Of a DNA stretch of 64,000 nt, positions 28,074 to 40,500 are shown piece after piece. The stretch's first letter is position 1. Each line of letters begins with the position of its first letter. Source of the DNA: Microbotryum violaceum (Eukaryota); assembly GCA_001244265.2 (NCBI GenBank), contig CDLV01000006.1, positions 1,116,001-1,180,000 on the forward strand, given 5' to 3'. Made by a program: the position numbers and the translations under genes. The notes below the pieces were generated by a model. That model did not search any database, was not told the DNA's origin, and saw only the letters and a list, made by a program, of their open reading frames with translations.

Positions 28074-29304
28074 ATGCTTTGCTTCCTTATCTTCGCTGTC
28101 GCTGCCCTCGGCGCGTCGACCGTCGTCGCTCAAACCAACTCAACCGGAGGTGTCAACGTCAGCTCATTGCCCGCTTGCGCCTTGATCTGTGCCATCTCGT
28201 CGTTGTCCGGTTCGGGCGTGAGTGTCTCATATTTTCCTGGGCCGTACCTTGTGATGTTTCTGGAGTGCTCTGCCCGCCCATGCAGTGATCGTACTGGGCA
28301 GGCTGAGCCGTATTTGTCGCCGCTGTTCGAGGGACGGACAGCCGCTTGGCTCGGGATCCGCCGCACAAGCCTCCGCCGCGCGCGGGCGTGCCCGACAGCT
28401 AGATTTGACCTACAGCACTGGGCGGGGGAGCGGAGGCCTCCCGAAGATTGGGCCTCCTCCGATTGCCGACTAGTTGGACTTTCTGCCCCGTTCGTCGAGT
28501 GGTTCTTGGATGGCTACCAACGTTCGCGGATTATGTATTCTGTGCTTCCCTCGATAGCCAAGCTGGAAAGGTTCAACTGATCTTAACCGATCTGGTTCGC
28601 CTTCATCATTCCTGTTCGAGCCTGCAGTGTGCGACTGCCAACGTCACGTGCGTCTGCACCGATTCGACCTACCAACTCCAGTTCTACAACTGCCAGACCA
28701 AGGGTATGGTCAAATCTGCAACACCTCGACGCGGAAGGTCTTCCCGTCGTGCAGAGGCTCTCCTCGCTCGAGCACCTGCACCTCAGAGGGGACGAATGCT
28801 TCACGACGATGAACCTGCATGTTGTTTGTGCCAATTACCCGACTGTGTTTGCTGACTTTCTCAATCGGTGCCACAGCTTGCAACGCTACCGACCTCCAAG
28901 CCGCTTTGGCCTTCGGTGCCAAGACTTGCGCCGCGAACGGCACCCCTATCAACACCGCCGTGGTCCCGAGTGGAGGTTAGTCGACCCCATCATCGTTGCG
29001 CCGAGAAGGAGGTCACATCTGACTTGTTGCTTGACATTTCTTCTTTTTTATCCTCATTCCGCTCGTCTACGAACATCGGTCGCATTCGTGAATACTCGCA
29101 AACGTACAACCGCCAGCTTCGACCACCGCTGCCGGGGCATCCCAAACCGGCACGGCTACGTCTGCGAGGACCGCCACGGCTGCGGCCACGTCCGCTGCTG
29201 CCGCTGCTGCTACGACCGCCAAGGCCTCAGGAGCCAGTTCTCTCGTTGTCCAAACGCTCTGTGGCCTCTTGGCTTTCGCGGCTGGTGTGACGATGCTTTT
29301 GTAG
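28074..29304 (+). CDS. Secreted/GPI-anchored CFEM-domain protein, multi-exon
   Basis: Signal peptide, LPACALIC...CATANVTCVC...FYNCQ...TC, Thr/Ala-rich stalk, hydrophobic C-terminus. Confidence 0.85.
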
Positions 29305-29989
29305 GCGTAGACGGTCCCTGTAACAGAGTCCGTTTCAGGTTCAGTACGTTTCAGGTCGACGGAAGTTACCGACGATCGCAGAAGATGCCGGTCTAGTTTG
29401 GTTCGCTGTGGGGAGACTTGGATTTGTAAAAACTCGAGCTTCGGATACATAAGTGTAGGGGTTGAGCGGGAGGGGGTAGACATTCGTTTCGGTGTTGGCG
29501 ATAATCGACTGGTTTATCAGGGATCAAAAGCAATCAATGCATCGTAGCTGGAAGCAATTTAAAGATAGCTCCAAGTCTTCCTAACAATACTACGATGAAT
29601 GGCTGCCCCTAAACGTGCCCCAAAGCTGCCCAAGTTGAATTCAAACACGTGACCTGTGAATCCAAAATTGCACTGGCCTTTTTCAGCTTCTACGACTCGG
29701 CAAAGCACGTCTGGAACCCCACAAGATGATATCGAGAACAATCACATGACAATGTGGCTACTTTAGGCTCGGTTGCATTTCCGAGCTGGCAATGCCCTGC
29801 TGCGCCGAAGTTTGCAGTGGACGATCGAACCACAGCTCGGCTTCTGGCTGGTGCTGGGGCATGCCGAGTGCTGGCATTCCTGGCGGCCCGTCCGCGCAGG
29901 TCCGCGCGGCCTGCTTTGCCGGTTGACCTTTCCTCTTTGCCTAATTCCCGTGTCCCAGACGCGACCTCAGCCCACACCAAAACGCAGCT

Positions 29990-32900
29990 ATGAATGGACA
30001 TGGTCCCGCCGTCGCACCCCCGCCGTCGGCAATGGATGGCTCGCACCAGCCGAGAGGAGGCACTAGGCCGTCACTAGCTCCTCTGACGACGCCGGGGCCG
30101 TCGGGATCGCCGTCGTACCACCCTGCACACCCTATGGCCGGTCCCAGTTCATCGAATGGGCTGGCCTCGGGGTTCGAGACGGCCGTTCCAGGCTCGACGT
30201 TACTGTCAGCGGTGCCGTCGGCCTCGGCAATGTCCTTGTCGGCGACGACGATGGCACAATATAGCGTTGCGGCGCGTCAACAAGCGCGGCTCGCAGGTAA
30301 CGTCCCTTCGCCGTTACCGCGTACAGAACCGGACGATGGTGGACCTCCGTTCAAGGTACCTATGCACGCCTTGTTCACGCGCATTACTGTGCTCGAACCG
30401 GGCGTTGAGTTTCCGGCCATTGCGGACGAACGGGACCAGCAGCGCGTCAAGCAATGGATGCAGCGCGACCTCGACTACGAACGCACCAACTTGTACAAGA
30501 AACGCGCGAGGACGCTCGAGGCGCAAAGCCTGTTCGATGAGGCTACAGTTGGCCAGGATTGGCTCGGTCCGAGGCTGGCGAACGAAGGCAGCGGAGCCAA
30601 ATCGACGCCGAGCAATAGGCTGCGGATCAAGACAGAGCAGGAGAGGGAGCGGGAACGACGAAGTGGGAAGCGAGGTCCTCATCGCAAAGAGGTTAGGATG
30701 TGAGTTCATACTTCATCTCGCTGACCGCAAGGCCTGCGACGCAATGGCAATCGCAATACTGAACGACATTCTTGCTGATCTCGTCTCCGAGCAGGTCCAA
30801 AACTCAGCTAAGGGAGATCGCAAAGAGCAAGGAGTGTCTGGTGCCCATACGTCTGGAGATCGAGCACGAAGTCTATCGCCTGCGAGATACGTTCACCTGG
30901 AATCTCAAAGGCACGTCGATCCACTCCTCGAATTGGCGCAGCTCCTATTTCGAAACTGGACTCGTGCTGACGTCTTTGGCGGACGTGATGTACAGAAACG
31001 ATGGTGACACCAGAGATATTCGCCTCGCATCTTTGTGAGGATTTGCGATTACCCTATGTCCACTTTTACAAAGAGGTGGTAGCTCAGATCAAGCGAGCGA
31101 TCGAAGACGCTCAAATGACTGAGAACTATGATGCATACCTGGCCGACGATCTCGGCCTCACAAGAGAGTTGAATCGACGCTGGTTCGAGGAGGGACAACA
31201 CAAGCTGATCGATGAGGGCGAACTGGAGGCTCGACCCGATCCAGATGAGCCGCCGGAAGCCGGCCACTCCGCACTAGACCCCATGGACGAAATCATCGAA
31301 ATGGATTATCGGCAAACCATCGATCACCTCGATACAAAGCCCTCGTCTGACTTCGTGCTCGGACTCAGGGACGGCTTGGGTCCTGCGCAAGAAGTATCTG
31401 GTGTCGTCAAAGAAAAGTCAGATGTGCCGGCTCATTCTGATGACTACGCGAACGAGGAGCTCCGGGTCACGATCCAACTCGACATAACAATCGACTCTGT
31501 GCAGCTCGTCGACCGATTCGAGTGGGACCTCAGCGAGGCTCAGAACTCGCCAGAACAGTTCGCTGAAACTTTTGCGACCGAGCTGGGCCTTAATGGCGAC
31601 TTCCAAACCGCCATATGTCACTCGATCAGGGAGCAGCTCGACGTGTTCACCCGGTCGCTGTGCATCCTAGGACATACCCAAGGTTTGACCGTTGCCGACG
31701 AGGAACTTCGCCGCCAGTTTCTCACGCCCATTTCCGAGCCGATTCGATTCGAGAGTGCAGCCGATTATACCCCTCTTCTGAATCAACTCACGCCAGATGA
31801 GGTCGATCGAAACGACAAAGAAAGGGAGCGAGAAGTACGTCGCAAGCGTCGTCAAACGAAAGGACGAGGGGTCACGTTACCCGACCGTGATTTTGTCCGG
31901 ACGCATCGTACCATCGTCCCCAAGTCGACGGGCGTTCCGATCATATCGTACCAAGACGCACGAGGCGAGACCGTGTACCCCATGGGCGAAATCGGAATGC
32001 CTTACCCAATCGTGGCCCCGTTCTCGATCGAGAAACCTCCCGACCTCGAGATTCACGCCGCGTCTCCGCTCAAGCTTATCCAACCCAAGGCTCAACTCGG
32101 GATCGATCACACTGTCGATGGTAAACCCAACAAAAACGTGCTGAAGAGGTCTCTTGGTGATGGATTAGGGCATTCAACGTCCGGGGACGGATCAGGGCAG
32201 ACATTAGGCGACGCAGCCAAACGCCCGGGTGGTCAAGGACGTGGAAGGCGCACTAATTTGGAGGCGTTGGGTTTGCATCCACATATCATTGAAGGGGCTT
32301 GGTTCTGTGCTAATTGTGGTGTGCCGGACTCGATTGCCGTTGGTCGCCGGAAAGGGCCCACGGGGGCCAACAGCCTTTGCGGTCAATGTGGTGAATCGCA
32401 GAGTACTTCTACCAAATTTGTGACAGTGCTAATTTCTGGCTCTTGAACTCCATGCAGGCAAATTTTTCCATCGGTACCGTCGGAATCGCCCATGCACCTA
32501 CACCACTGACCTCGAGACGCATCGCCACGCCAAAGCCGCACTCGATACTGCTGCAGCAGCAGCCAAACTTGCGAAGAACCAAGCCGCCGCTCAAGCTCGC
32601 GCCGCTGCCGCAGCCGCTGCCGCTGCCGCCGCCGCCGCCGCTGCCGCTGCTGCTGTCGCTGCCATCGGTGATGACGCTACAATGGCCTCCGCAAGGCTCA
32701 ATATGCTTTCGGCGGCATCCGATCGCGGTGGGACCGCAACGCGCGACAACTCATCTGACGAGTCTGGCCACGACGACGACGACTCGGACGACGGATCATC
32801 CGTGCCGGGGAGATCCGCCCGTCCAACGCCGTCCAATCGCTCTCCTCGAGGTCCCTCTCCGTTCGTCCGTGAGGGTACAAACGACTCGGATCTCAGATCA

Positions 32901-33512
32901 GCCTCCGACTCGCCAAGGCGACCAACCCCTTCCGACGTCCGTACAATGTCTATAGGCGGAAAGGGCATCCCTCCCCTTCCTATGCACGCCCCTGTCGGTT
33001 CCCCGGCCAATCTACCTCGACCGGCTCAGTCAGCAGATGTAGGACCTCCTATACCTCCCGTGAGTCATACTGAGCTTCCCATCCCCGACCGCTATAATAT
33101 AAAGTAATGAAAGATACTGAGGTTTTGTCGTGCTGTATCTTTACCTTGCTCGCCAGACCTGGATGCACACTGCCGCTGCGGAACTGCGAGCCAAGCAGAT
33201 CGACGACCGTTTCGATATCATTCCTCGCCCTCGCCCGGTGGATCCGACCGCAGTCCAGGAATGGCGAATACGCTGTCTTGACTGCCCTGGCAAGGTGAGC
33301 TACAGCACTCATTCAGTCGCTGGCGATGATACCCTGGAGTTTGATGGCTTCCGGAGGCTGATCAGATTCTGGTCCTTGCGTACTTTTTGCAGCTCTACAA
33401 CGTCGGACCTGGCGAAACTCTAAACAATTTTAGTGTGCATTTCAAGAATCGAGTGCACCGAGGCAACGTCGAAGCGAGGCTGAAGGGGCTACCCCCGCCT
33501 CCTCTTGGCTGA
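29990..33512 (+). CDS. SNF5: SWI/SNF subunit Snf5 with C-terminal GATA-type and C2H2-like zinc fingers
   Basis: LVPIRLEIE..LRDTFTWNL, TPEIFASHLCEDL, LVDRFEWDL, ICHSIREQL; CANC..18..CGQC; IRCLDCPGK..H...H. Confidence 0.92.
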
Positions 33513-34072
33513 CAGAGATTATTGTTGCTTTGTGTTGTTCTCTATGTTTGCAGGAAAGGGTCCAATCTCTGATGTGGAATTGATATGTAGTAAATCGCTT
33601 GTCTAATTACCTCCTTGATGGAGACGAATCACAGCAGAAGGCTCGGGGTCGGATAGGGGTGTCACGACCCCGTGACCTTGCCCGTCAAGTACTACGGGTA
33701 GACTCAGCAGCGGCCAATCGTGCTATACATGCCGAAGATGAAACAAACTACATGTATCTACCTAGGCTTATTGGGTTGGACTGTGATTCGTTACCTAAGT
33801 ACAACTTCGCCGGTAAACAGCGATGTGGCTGAGGTGGGCTAGGAATCGAATGCTTGGACATCGGGTGCCTGACATTGACGCGTCAGCAATCCAGAGGTCG
33901 AGCAGCTTGTGATTGTACCAGCAGGTGTATTAGTCCACGCTGGATCTTCAAAGAATCAGACACACAATCCGCGGCTGGATTAGGTATTGTTGAGTTGACA
34001 CTTGAGGAGTACACTCTGCAGGCTACATGAGCGCGAGCGCGCGCGGGCTTTCTCTTAGCTTCCTTCTGATTA

Positions 34073-34177
34073 GAGCGTTCTAACGTATTGAACCGCCTCG
34101 AATCAGGTCAGTAGTATTCACGGTATCATTGCAATAGTTAATTGAGCGTTCTAACGCATTGAACCGCCTCGAATCAG
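34073..34177. repeat. 34-bp direct repeat pair (34073-34106, 34144-34177)
   Basis: GAGCGTTCTAACG(T/C)ATTGAACCGCCTCGAATCAG occurs twice with a 37-bp spacer. Confidence 0.9.
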
Positions 34178-34265
34178 ACGCCGAGATTCTAGAGGTATCT
34201 CAGTAGGTATCGCAATTCAGTCCAAGAGCTGATTGACAACGGCTCGGACTCTGAACCGATCGAAC

Positions 34266-34518
34266 TTGCGTGCAACTTGCCCACTGAATGTGTCAAAGAT
34301 AGCTGGTTTCACCATCCTCATCCGGATACAACATTTAAGTTGGTCTTTGGGACTGAGCCCAACGTGCCTTCATTTGGCCCGTTGATATCTCAATTTCCCA
34401 GCTCGAATTGTCTCCTTAGTCTCACTATTATCTCAGTGCTTTACCAGTTAGCTTTCCATGAGTGTAGCATCAGAGAACAATCCGTGAAAGAAATTGCGTG
34501 CAACTTGCCCAATGAATG
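34266..34518. repeat. Dispersed repeat (~200 bp, LTR-like fragment) bracketed by a 25-bp duplication; inverted homolog at ~52465-52634
   Basis: TTGCGTGCAACTTGCCCA(C/A)TGAATG at 34266-34290 and 34494-34518. The insert aligns by eye with the reverse complement of ~52465-52634. Confidence 0.8.
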
Positions 34519-35849
34519 CACCGGCACCACCACTCACCGATCGGTCCGATATCTATACCTAGGTAGAGGAGCTCAGCCGTAGGACGCTAGTAATGGTAGG
34601 AGGGAGATAGGCATACCTGAAGATCGACACCTTCTTATTGTGGGGGTAATCAATGAAGCATTTTTCCTCTGAGAAACCTACGTGCACTCGGGCCAGCTCG
34701 AAGGGGCGCGCGATCCCGTCATCTCCGGCCAGGAAGCGAGCCCTGAATCTGACCATCAAAACCTTTAACCCTATGCAAGAATGATCAAGTATCGAACAGG
34801 TTGTCTTGTTGCCTGCTACGGCTCAACAAGTGTCTAAGGTATCGACCTAAAATCCAACCCGGCAGGCCTATCATCGGAAGACGTTGAAAGAACCAACTCC
34901 CAGTTACTTCCACGCAGTGTGGATGCGCAACCAATCGTAATGGGTTGCGAGGGCGTCGGACCCTACCTACCTCGTTATGCGACCAGCCGACTTGTTGCTG
35001 ATTGGAACAGCTAGGTGAGTGTCTGAGAAGAACTGCTAGATTGCACGGTAATGTTATCGCTCGATAATTACCAATGAGGCTATGGGCACATGTCCCCGTG
35101 TCTGACGATCACGTGGATCCGGGTCATTTTACAACCGACCTGTCCTACCTAGGCACGGAGACGTCGTACCTAGGCATGGAAACGACCTACCTAGTGTACG
35201 CCCTATCTAGGCACGAAGAGTGCACAAATCAAATCCTACAGTCGGCAAACTTTCCCTTTCTATAGATAGTCAGAGCTGCACTCGAGACTCGAGATGCACT
35301 CGAGACTCGAGATGCAGCTGAGGCGCGCTTGCCGCTGGAGCGCCCATCCATCCGTTCCCACTTGTCAGTATTTGAGCCGTTGAGGTGACCAGCGGGGTCA
35401 ATTAGGCCCACCTTGCGCAGATCCTTCGGTAGGCCGAAATCTACTTCTACCTGGAAGCATATCTCCCTACATGAAACGCAATTATCTACCTACTACCTAC
35501 TGTTAATCTGTACCGGTAGCTGGGCACCATCTAGTCTCTGCCTAGTACCTCTAGGTACAGTAATCGACATGGGAAAAGGTAGACAGACATAATCGAGGGT
35601 TTCTTGCTTTATGAATCCTAACTCCCATGTGCGATGCTTACTGCTCATCACGCCAGGCACGACCCGCCACGAGCTCGCCACGTGCCGATCGCGTGCAACC
35701 GAACGGCCAGGGCAGCGGCAGCGATTGACCTGCAACTTGCAAGCCTTCACTGAGGCGCGCCGGGCCCGCGCTTTTCCCCTCCGATGTCTCGATCGGATGC
35801 CAATGGGGTTCTCGAGCGCGGGAAGGGAATTGCGACCTTCCTTGTGTAT

Positions 35850-38800
35850 CTTTCAGTGTGTTTGGTTGTGTTGGGATGAGGAAGATGATTAATCTTCCTG
35901 GACGAGACCCTGGGATGATGCGTACACCCCAATTCCCGAACCCCCCGTTCGGACAGGCGCCCTGGCGCCGGACGCGTACCATAGGTCACTGCACGCCCCC
36001 CACACTTACAACCAACAAAACGCAGCGAAAGATGCCTACGTTACGACGCACTCAGGCTCTACCCGGATCGAGTGCAAGCTTGCCAGCCTTGCTCAGCACT
36101 TGGATCGCAATCTCCTTGTGCTGCCGCCAATACCCGTCGAAGGTATTCGATGACCAACGGCCAAGGTTTCGGATGTGATCCGTGTGTACACCTTCTCGAA
36201 GGTAAAACGTGGCCCCACCGGACCTAAAGGAGTGGTTGTTCAAGACGGCCCTCCCGCTCGCCTCGAGAATGTGTTTGATTCGTCGCGAGAACGCCGAGGA
36301 GGTCAGTTGTCGATGACCTCCTTCGCGCGCCCGATATGAGAACAACCGCCCTGGTGGAAGGTCGTTTAGGCCGAAATGGTTATTGATGCCTCCGACCGGG
36401 CAGAAGGGCTTGCCGTCTTGCGCCGAGACTACCAGCGTGCGGCCGACGCGCCGACGCACCTTGTCAAACGGGAGGTCCAACTCGAATCGGAGAGGAGCTT
36501 CGCTCGTCGCATCGATCCGACGTGCATTGGCCACCGCTAAATGCCGTTCGGCTATGAACTCTTCGTCCTTGTCCGAAGTCGCCGCCAATCGCTCTGGTTT
36601 GGAGGCTGGAGCTGTGGCCGCAGCCGCAGCCAGCTGCATCGTCCACATCTTCGGATCGTAGTTCACACGCAGCCCATGTGTCGTGTGCCAAAATTCTGGG
36701 CGGTACGGAATCGGCGAAAGTGGCTGACGCTATAGGCTCCGACGCCATTTCCCGACAACGCGATTCGAGTGGGAAATCGCCTGACGACGTCAGGATGTGC
36801 GGGGAATCGATCCCTCCGGTCGACCAACTCGTCGTCACATTACTCGAGGTATCGTAGAATGCACATCGCGTACATCTCGTTCGACTCCGCCGTTCGCCCT
36901 GCCGCAACCATCACCGCGTGCTCTATCGCAGCCAATGCACACGCATGGAGCGGAAGTTGGACCGGAGTCGTCGGTGTGAGAACGAGGATTCGGTTGATAC
37001 CTCGATACGTCTTGGCGAACGCGGCGCACAGCCGCTCCTCCGGCGTGCAATTCGTGGATGAAGCCATCGGGTCCATCTCGTTCCCGTCTGCCTCAGGTAG
37101 GTAAACGACGATGTCCCCCGAATGGGAACTGCGCAACATTGGCAATCTTGGATTTGACGTCGACGTGAATCCCAAACAAGCCCCTGGGTTACAATCCAGT
37201 TTCACAGTCGGAGGTGGCGCGGCAGCCGGTGCTCCATCGCGCAGCGCCGAACTCGACGCGTCGGCCCGACCAGTAAGCGCTCTTCCTGACTTGAAGGCGC
37301 GCTCCCTCACAGCCATCGTCGGCATCGTCGGGTACGGAACAGCTCGTTGACGAAGCCTCCACGCGGCTCGTGAATCCTCGAAAGACATCTGTATTTTCGA
37401 GACGGCGTGCGACGCGGGTGGGGGGAGGCCGAACGTGCCAAGCACGCGCCCGCGATCACGCTCTCGCGGCGGAGACGGGACAGGACCGGACAACCGCAAA
37501 GTCGCAACCGAGGCACAAGAGCGCGGCTCTGAGTCATGACAGTGTGACATTGACAAAACAGGACGCAAGAGGGTTCGACATCACCAACAAACAAAAGGTA
37601 CACGACCTCGCAGACACAGGGATACGCAACTCTGTACGAACGAAGCTCCACCTTCCACGAAGGGAGTCAAATATCTCAGCCTATCGCCCACAGGGGCTCT
37701 CCCGCCGCCCGTAGCAACTCGCGCCCCGCCGGAAACTTCGACAGTGGGTGCGCGATCATGAACGGGAACGGTTCGTACTGCCGCGGGCGGTCTGGCTGCC
37801 GGGACACGACGTCCGCGGGGTTCACCTTGGTGTAAACGTATTCAATCGACCACTTCACACCTCGAGTTTCCTCAAGGCTGCGCAGGTTTGAAAGCGACAA
37901 GTTCAACAAGGGATTCATCGAATGCCCTCTCCTCCATCCAAGCACAACCCCGGTGTTGTCACATTGGAGAACGAAATGTTTATCGTCACATTCGTAACGC
38001 TGCCTCGGCCAGCGCCTTGACCGCCCACGCCTCCGCATTCGTGATAGTGTCGAGGCGGTGGCAGATCCGTCCACCCCTCGGGGAGAGCGAAGTACGCGGA
38101 GTATCCGTTGATGGCGATGCTTAGTCCGTGCATACAGGCATCCAACGCTAGCGCAAGCTTCGATGGGATCAGGAGGGCCTCGAACGACGTGGAGAACGAG
38201 CCTTCCGACGAGAGGAACCTTCTCCAGTACTCGAGTTGATCGTACGTGCGACGGTCCAAGCGACGCGCCCGCGAAACCGCCTTCCGCTCCCCGTTCGCGA
38301 TACAGTGTCTCAACGCCCCAATGACCGACTCGACCTCCGAGCGTCTTAGGGTAAGACAGCTTTTCGATCTGTCTCCACTTCGGCGGCATTCCGGGCGCTA
38401 CTGACGTCGGCACACAGCTGATCGGATTCGTGCGGAAAGGGCCGACCGCGGCCTCGAGCTCGTCCTTGTCGTACGGCCCCGCGATGTACCCGAGATCGAG
38501 CATGCGCTCCATCTCGCCGTCCATGACCAGTTGTTGCTCCTCGGTGAGCGGTGCGTTCTTCGCGATGTGACGCTCCGACGAAGGGTCCTTGATGCCGAAA
38601 TCAAAGCCCTTTCGGATCTGCTTCGGTATAGCGGCCAGGTACGGCGCGACGTGCGCGACCTTTTCGAGTGCCTTAATGTTAGCTTTGAACGCGGGAGCAT
38701 CGAGCGGCGGAACAATCTTGTACATCGCATCATGGAACGAGTCGACTTCGCGAGCCATGATTCGCATGCGAGCGGAAGTTTCGGGCGCTGGCGAAGGGCC

Positions 38801-40500
38801 CGGCGCGGGCATTGAAGGCACGAACGGGACGTCTTCTTTGCTGCCGGCCGCGACAGGTTCGAGTGAAGCTCTGCCCACCCCGTGCACGGGCAGTTCGGTG
38901 ATACTCAGAGGGTCCGCCGGGGCAGCGCTTAGCGCGTCTGGAAAATTCAAATCCGGCACGTCAGCGATCGGCTGCGCAGGAAGGGGCAACGCCCAGCCGG
39001 TCCGTCGGGACCGGGCGTCTACACGTACGCGGACGTGAGGAAGCGCGAACGGTGGGGAATTCGACCCCTGAACCAGAGAACGGAGGCACTCGACGCGATG
39101 CCTGAGAGGTAATGACCTCAGAAAGGGCCACAAAGCCCGTCAGGACCGGGCATTTACACGTACGCGGACGTGAGGAAGCGCGAACGGTGGGGAATTCGAC
39201 CCGGGAGCGAGAATCGGAGATTCGAATCCAGCACGTCAGCCCTCGGCTGCGGAGGACGGGGCTACACCCATCCGGTCCGTTGGGACCGGGCATCACGTAC
39301 GCGGACGTGAGAAAGCGCGAGCGGTGGGGATTCGACCCCTGAACCAGAGAACGGAGGCACTCGACGCGATGCCTGAGAGGTAACGACCTCAGAAAGGGCC
39401 ACAGAGCCCGTAGGGCCCGGGCATCTACACGTACGCGGACGTGAGGCAGAAGTGACGGCACGACACGAGAGTGGGGAAAGGTTGGTGATACAGACGCGCC
39501 ATCCTTTATAGTTGTTGCAGGCTGCCGCCCGCGGCACAGCGCTGAGCGGAACCACCGAAGTTACGACTACCACTGCAGGCGCAACCGCTACAGGTTTGAG
39601 GAGAGGAAGAATCGGCTTCCAATCCTCGCCCCCCAGCGTTGCCTCCTCCATGGCTTGAATGCGGCCACGTGCCTCGATGAGATCGTCCACCGGGCGCTCC
39701 ATCGCCCGGGCACACGACGACTGGTGCTCGGCCGCGAGCTCAGCCAACTTCATGGCGACGTTGAGGACAGCCGAGACGTGAGCCATGATCGACTGGTCGA
39801 AGGGTCCGAAACCTTCATCTTGAACCCCGACCCCGACCACCACAAAGAACGAACCGTCGAGTCGTATTTCCTCATGATGGACCAATTCGAGTCACAGGTC
39901 CGCATCGCAACGGACTCGAAGTGCCGGTCAAACATCTCCGAAGGCGATTGTGCGCCTCCGACGATGATCGAGGCCGTCACCGGGTCGACCGCTTCCTTTA
40001 TGAGAGGAGCACGTAAGGATAGCGCGCGTCCTGCCTTTGCGTGCGCGGCAGGCAGCCTTCGAAGACCAGACCCGCCTCCATCCGCGCCTTGAAACCCACA
40101 CCATAATGCAGACTCACTTGACTTGTTGGTGCCGTGACGGACACGACATCGGAGGATCTTTGCGATCCTTCGCCCACTTGATCGTTTCGGCAGAGATGCC
40201 GAACAAGGCGCCCTCGAAAGTGGTACCCGCCGTCGTGTCTGGGGCGCCGGAAACTTGCATCGGGGCCAATAGCGGGGCCACGTGCACGCCCGCGGCGCCA
40301 CCGATAGTTGCCGCCGGCGACTCTGTAGACGAGAGCGCGGCGTGGTCGTTGGTTGAGGTCGAAGCAATCGTCATTGCCGGTTACAATAGGGTCGAAAAGT
40401 TTCGCGAGTGTAGAGGCAATAAGCACTGCCGTTCGAGCGAAACGAATAAGGTGCAGAAGCGAACAGGCATTTCTCTCGCTTAGACGCGTCAAGCACTCAA
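35850..40500 (-). mobile_element. Decayed DIRS/Ngaro-type tyrosine-recombinase retrotransposon (gag, RT fragment, RNase H, YR); ends approximate
   Basis: gag WSIMRKYDSTVR; RT N-terminus LGYIAGPY..GPFRTNPISCVP..KWRQIEKLSYP; RNase H ITNAEAWAV, CDNTGVV, NPADVVSR; YR FCPV, HSFRSGGAT, LGRWSSNTFDGYWR. Frameshifts and stops present. Confidence 0.9.
39010..39445. repeat. Imperfect ~135-bp tandem repeats at the gag/pol junction of the YR element
   Basis: CACGTACGCGGACGTGA recurs four times, with shared flanks (TTCGACCC three times; CTGAACCAGAGAACGGAGGCAC twice). Confidence 0.9.

Noticed and set aside
33660-33999. Solo LTR (TGTCAC...TTGACA), and a similar purine-rich tract at ~49777-49914
   Set aside because: No matching TSD and no second copy in the window.
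34073-34177. CRISPR-like repeat-spacer-repeat (34 bp / 37 bp)
   Set aside because: Only two repeats, no cas genes, eukaryotic context; a local duplication.
34290-34440. Possible mitochondrial-code (TGA=Trp) ORF, i.e. NUMT or mitovirus fragment, on the minus strand
   Set aside because: Differences from the copy at ~52.5 kb are mostly non-synonymous in that frame, and no RdRp or mitochondrial motif is present.
35845-36035. Imperfect inverted repeat as DIRS ICR/ITR
   Set aside because: The match is short and no corresponding terminus was found at the other end.
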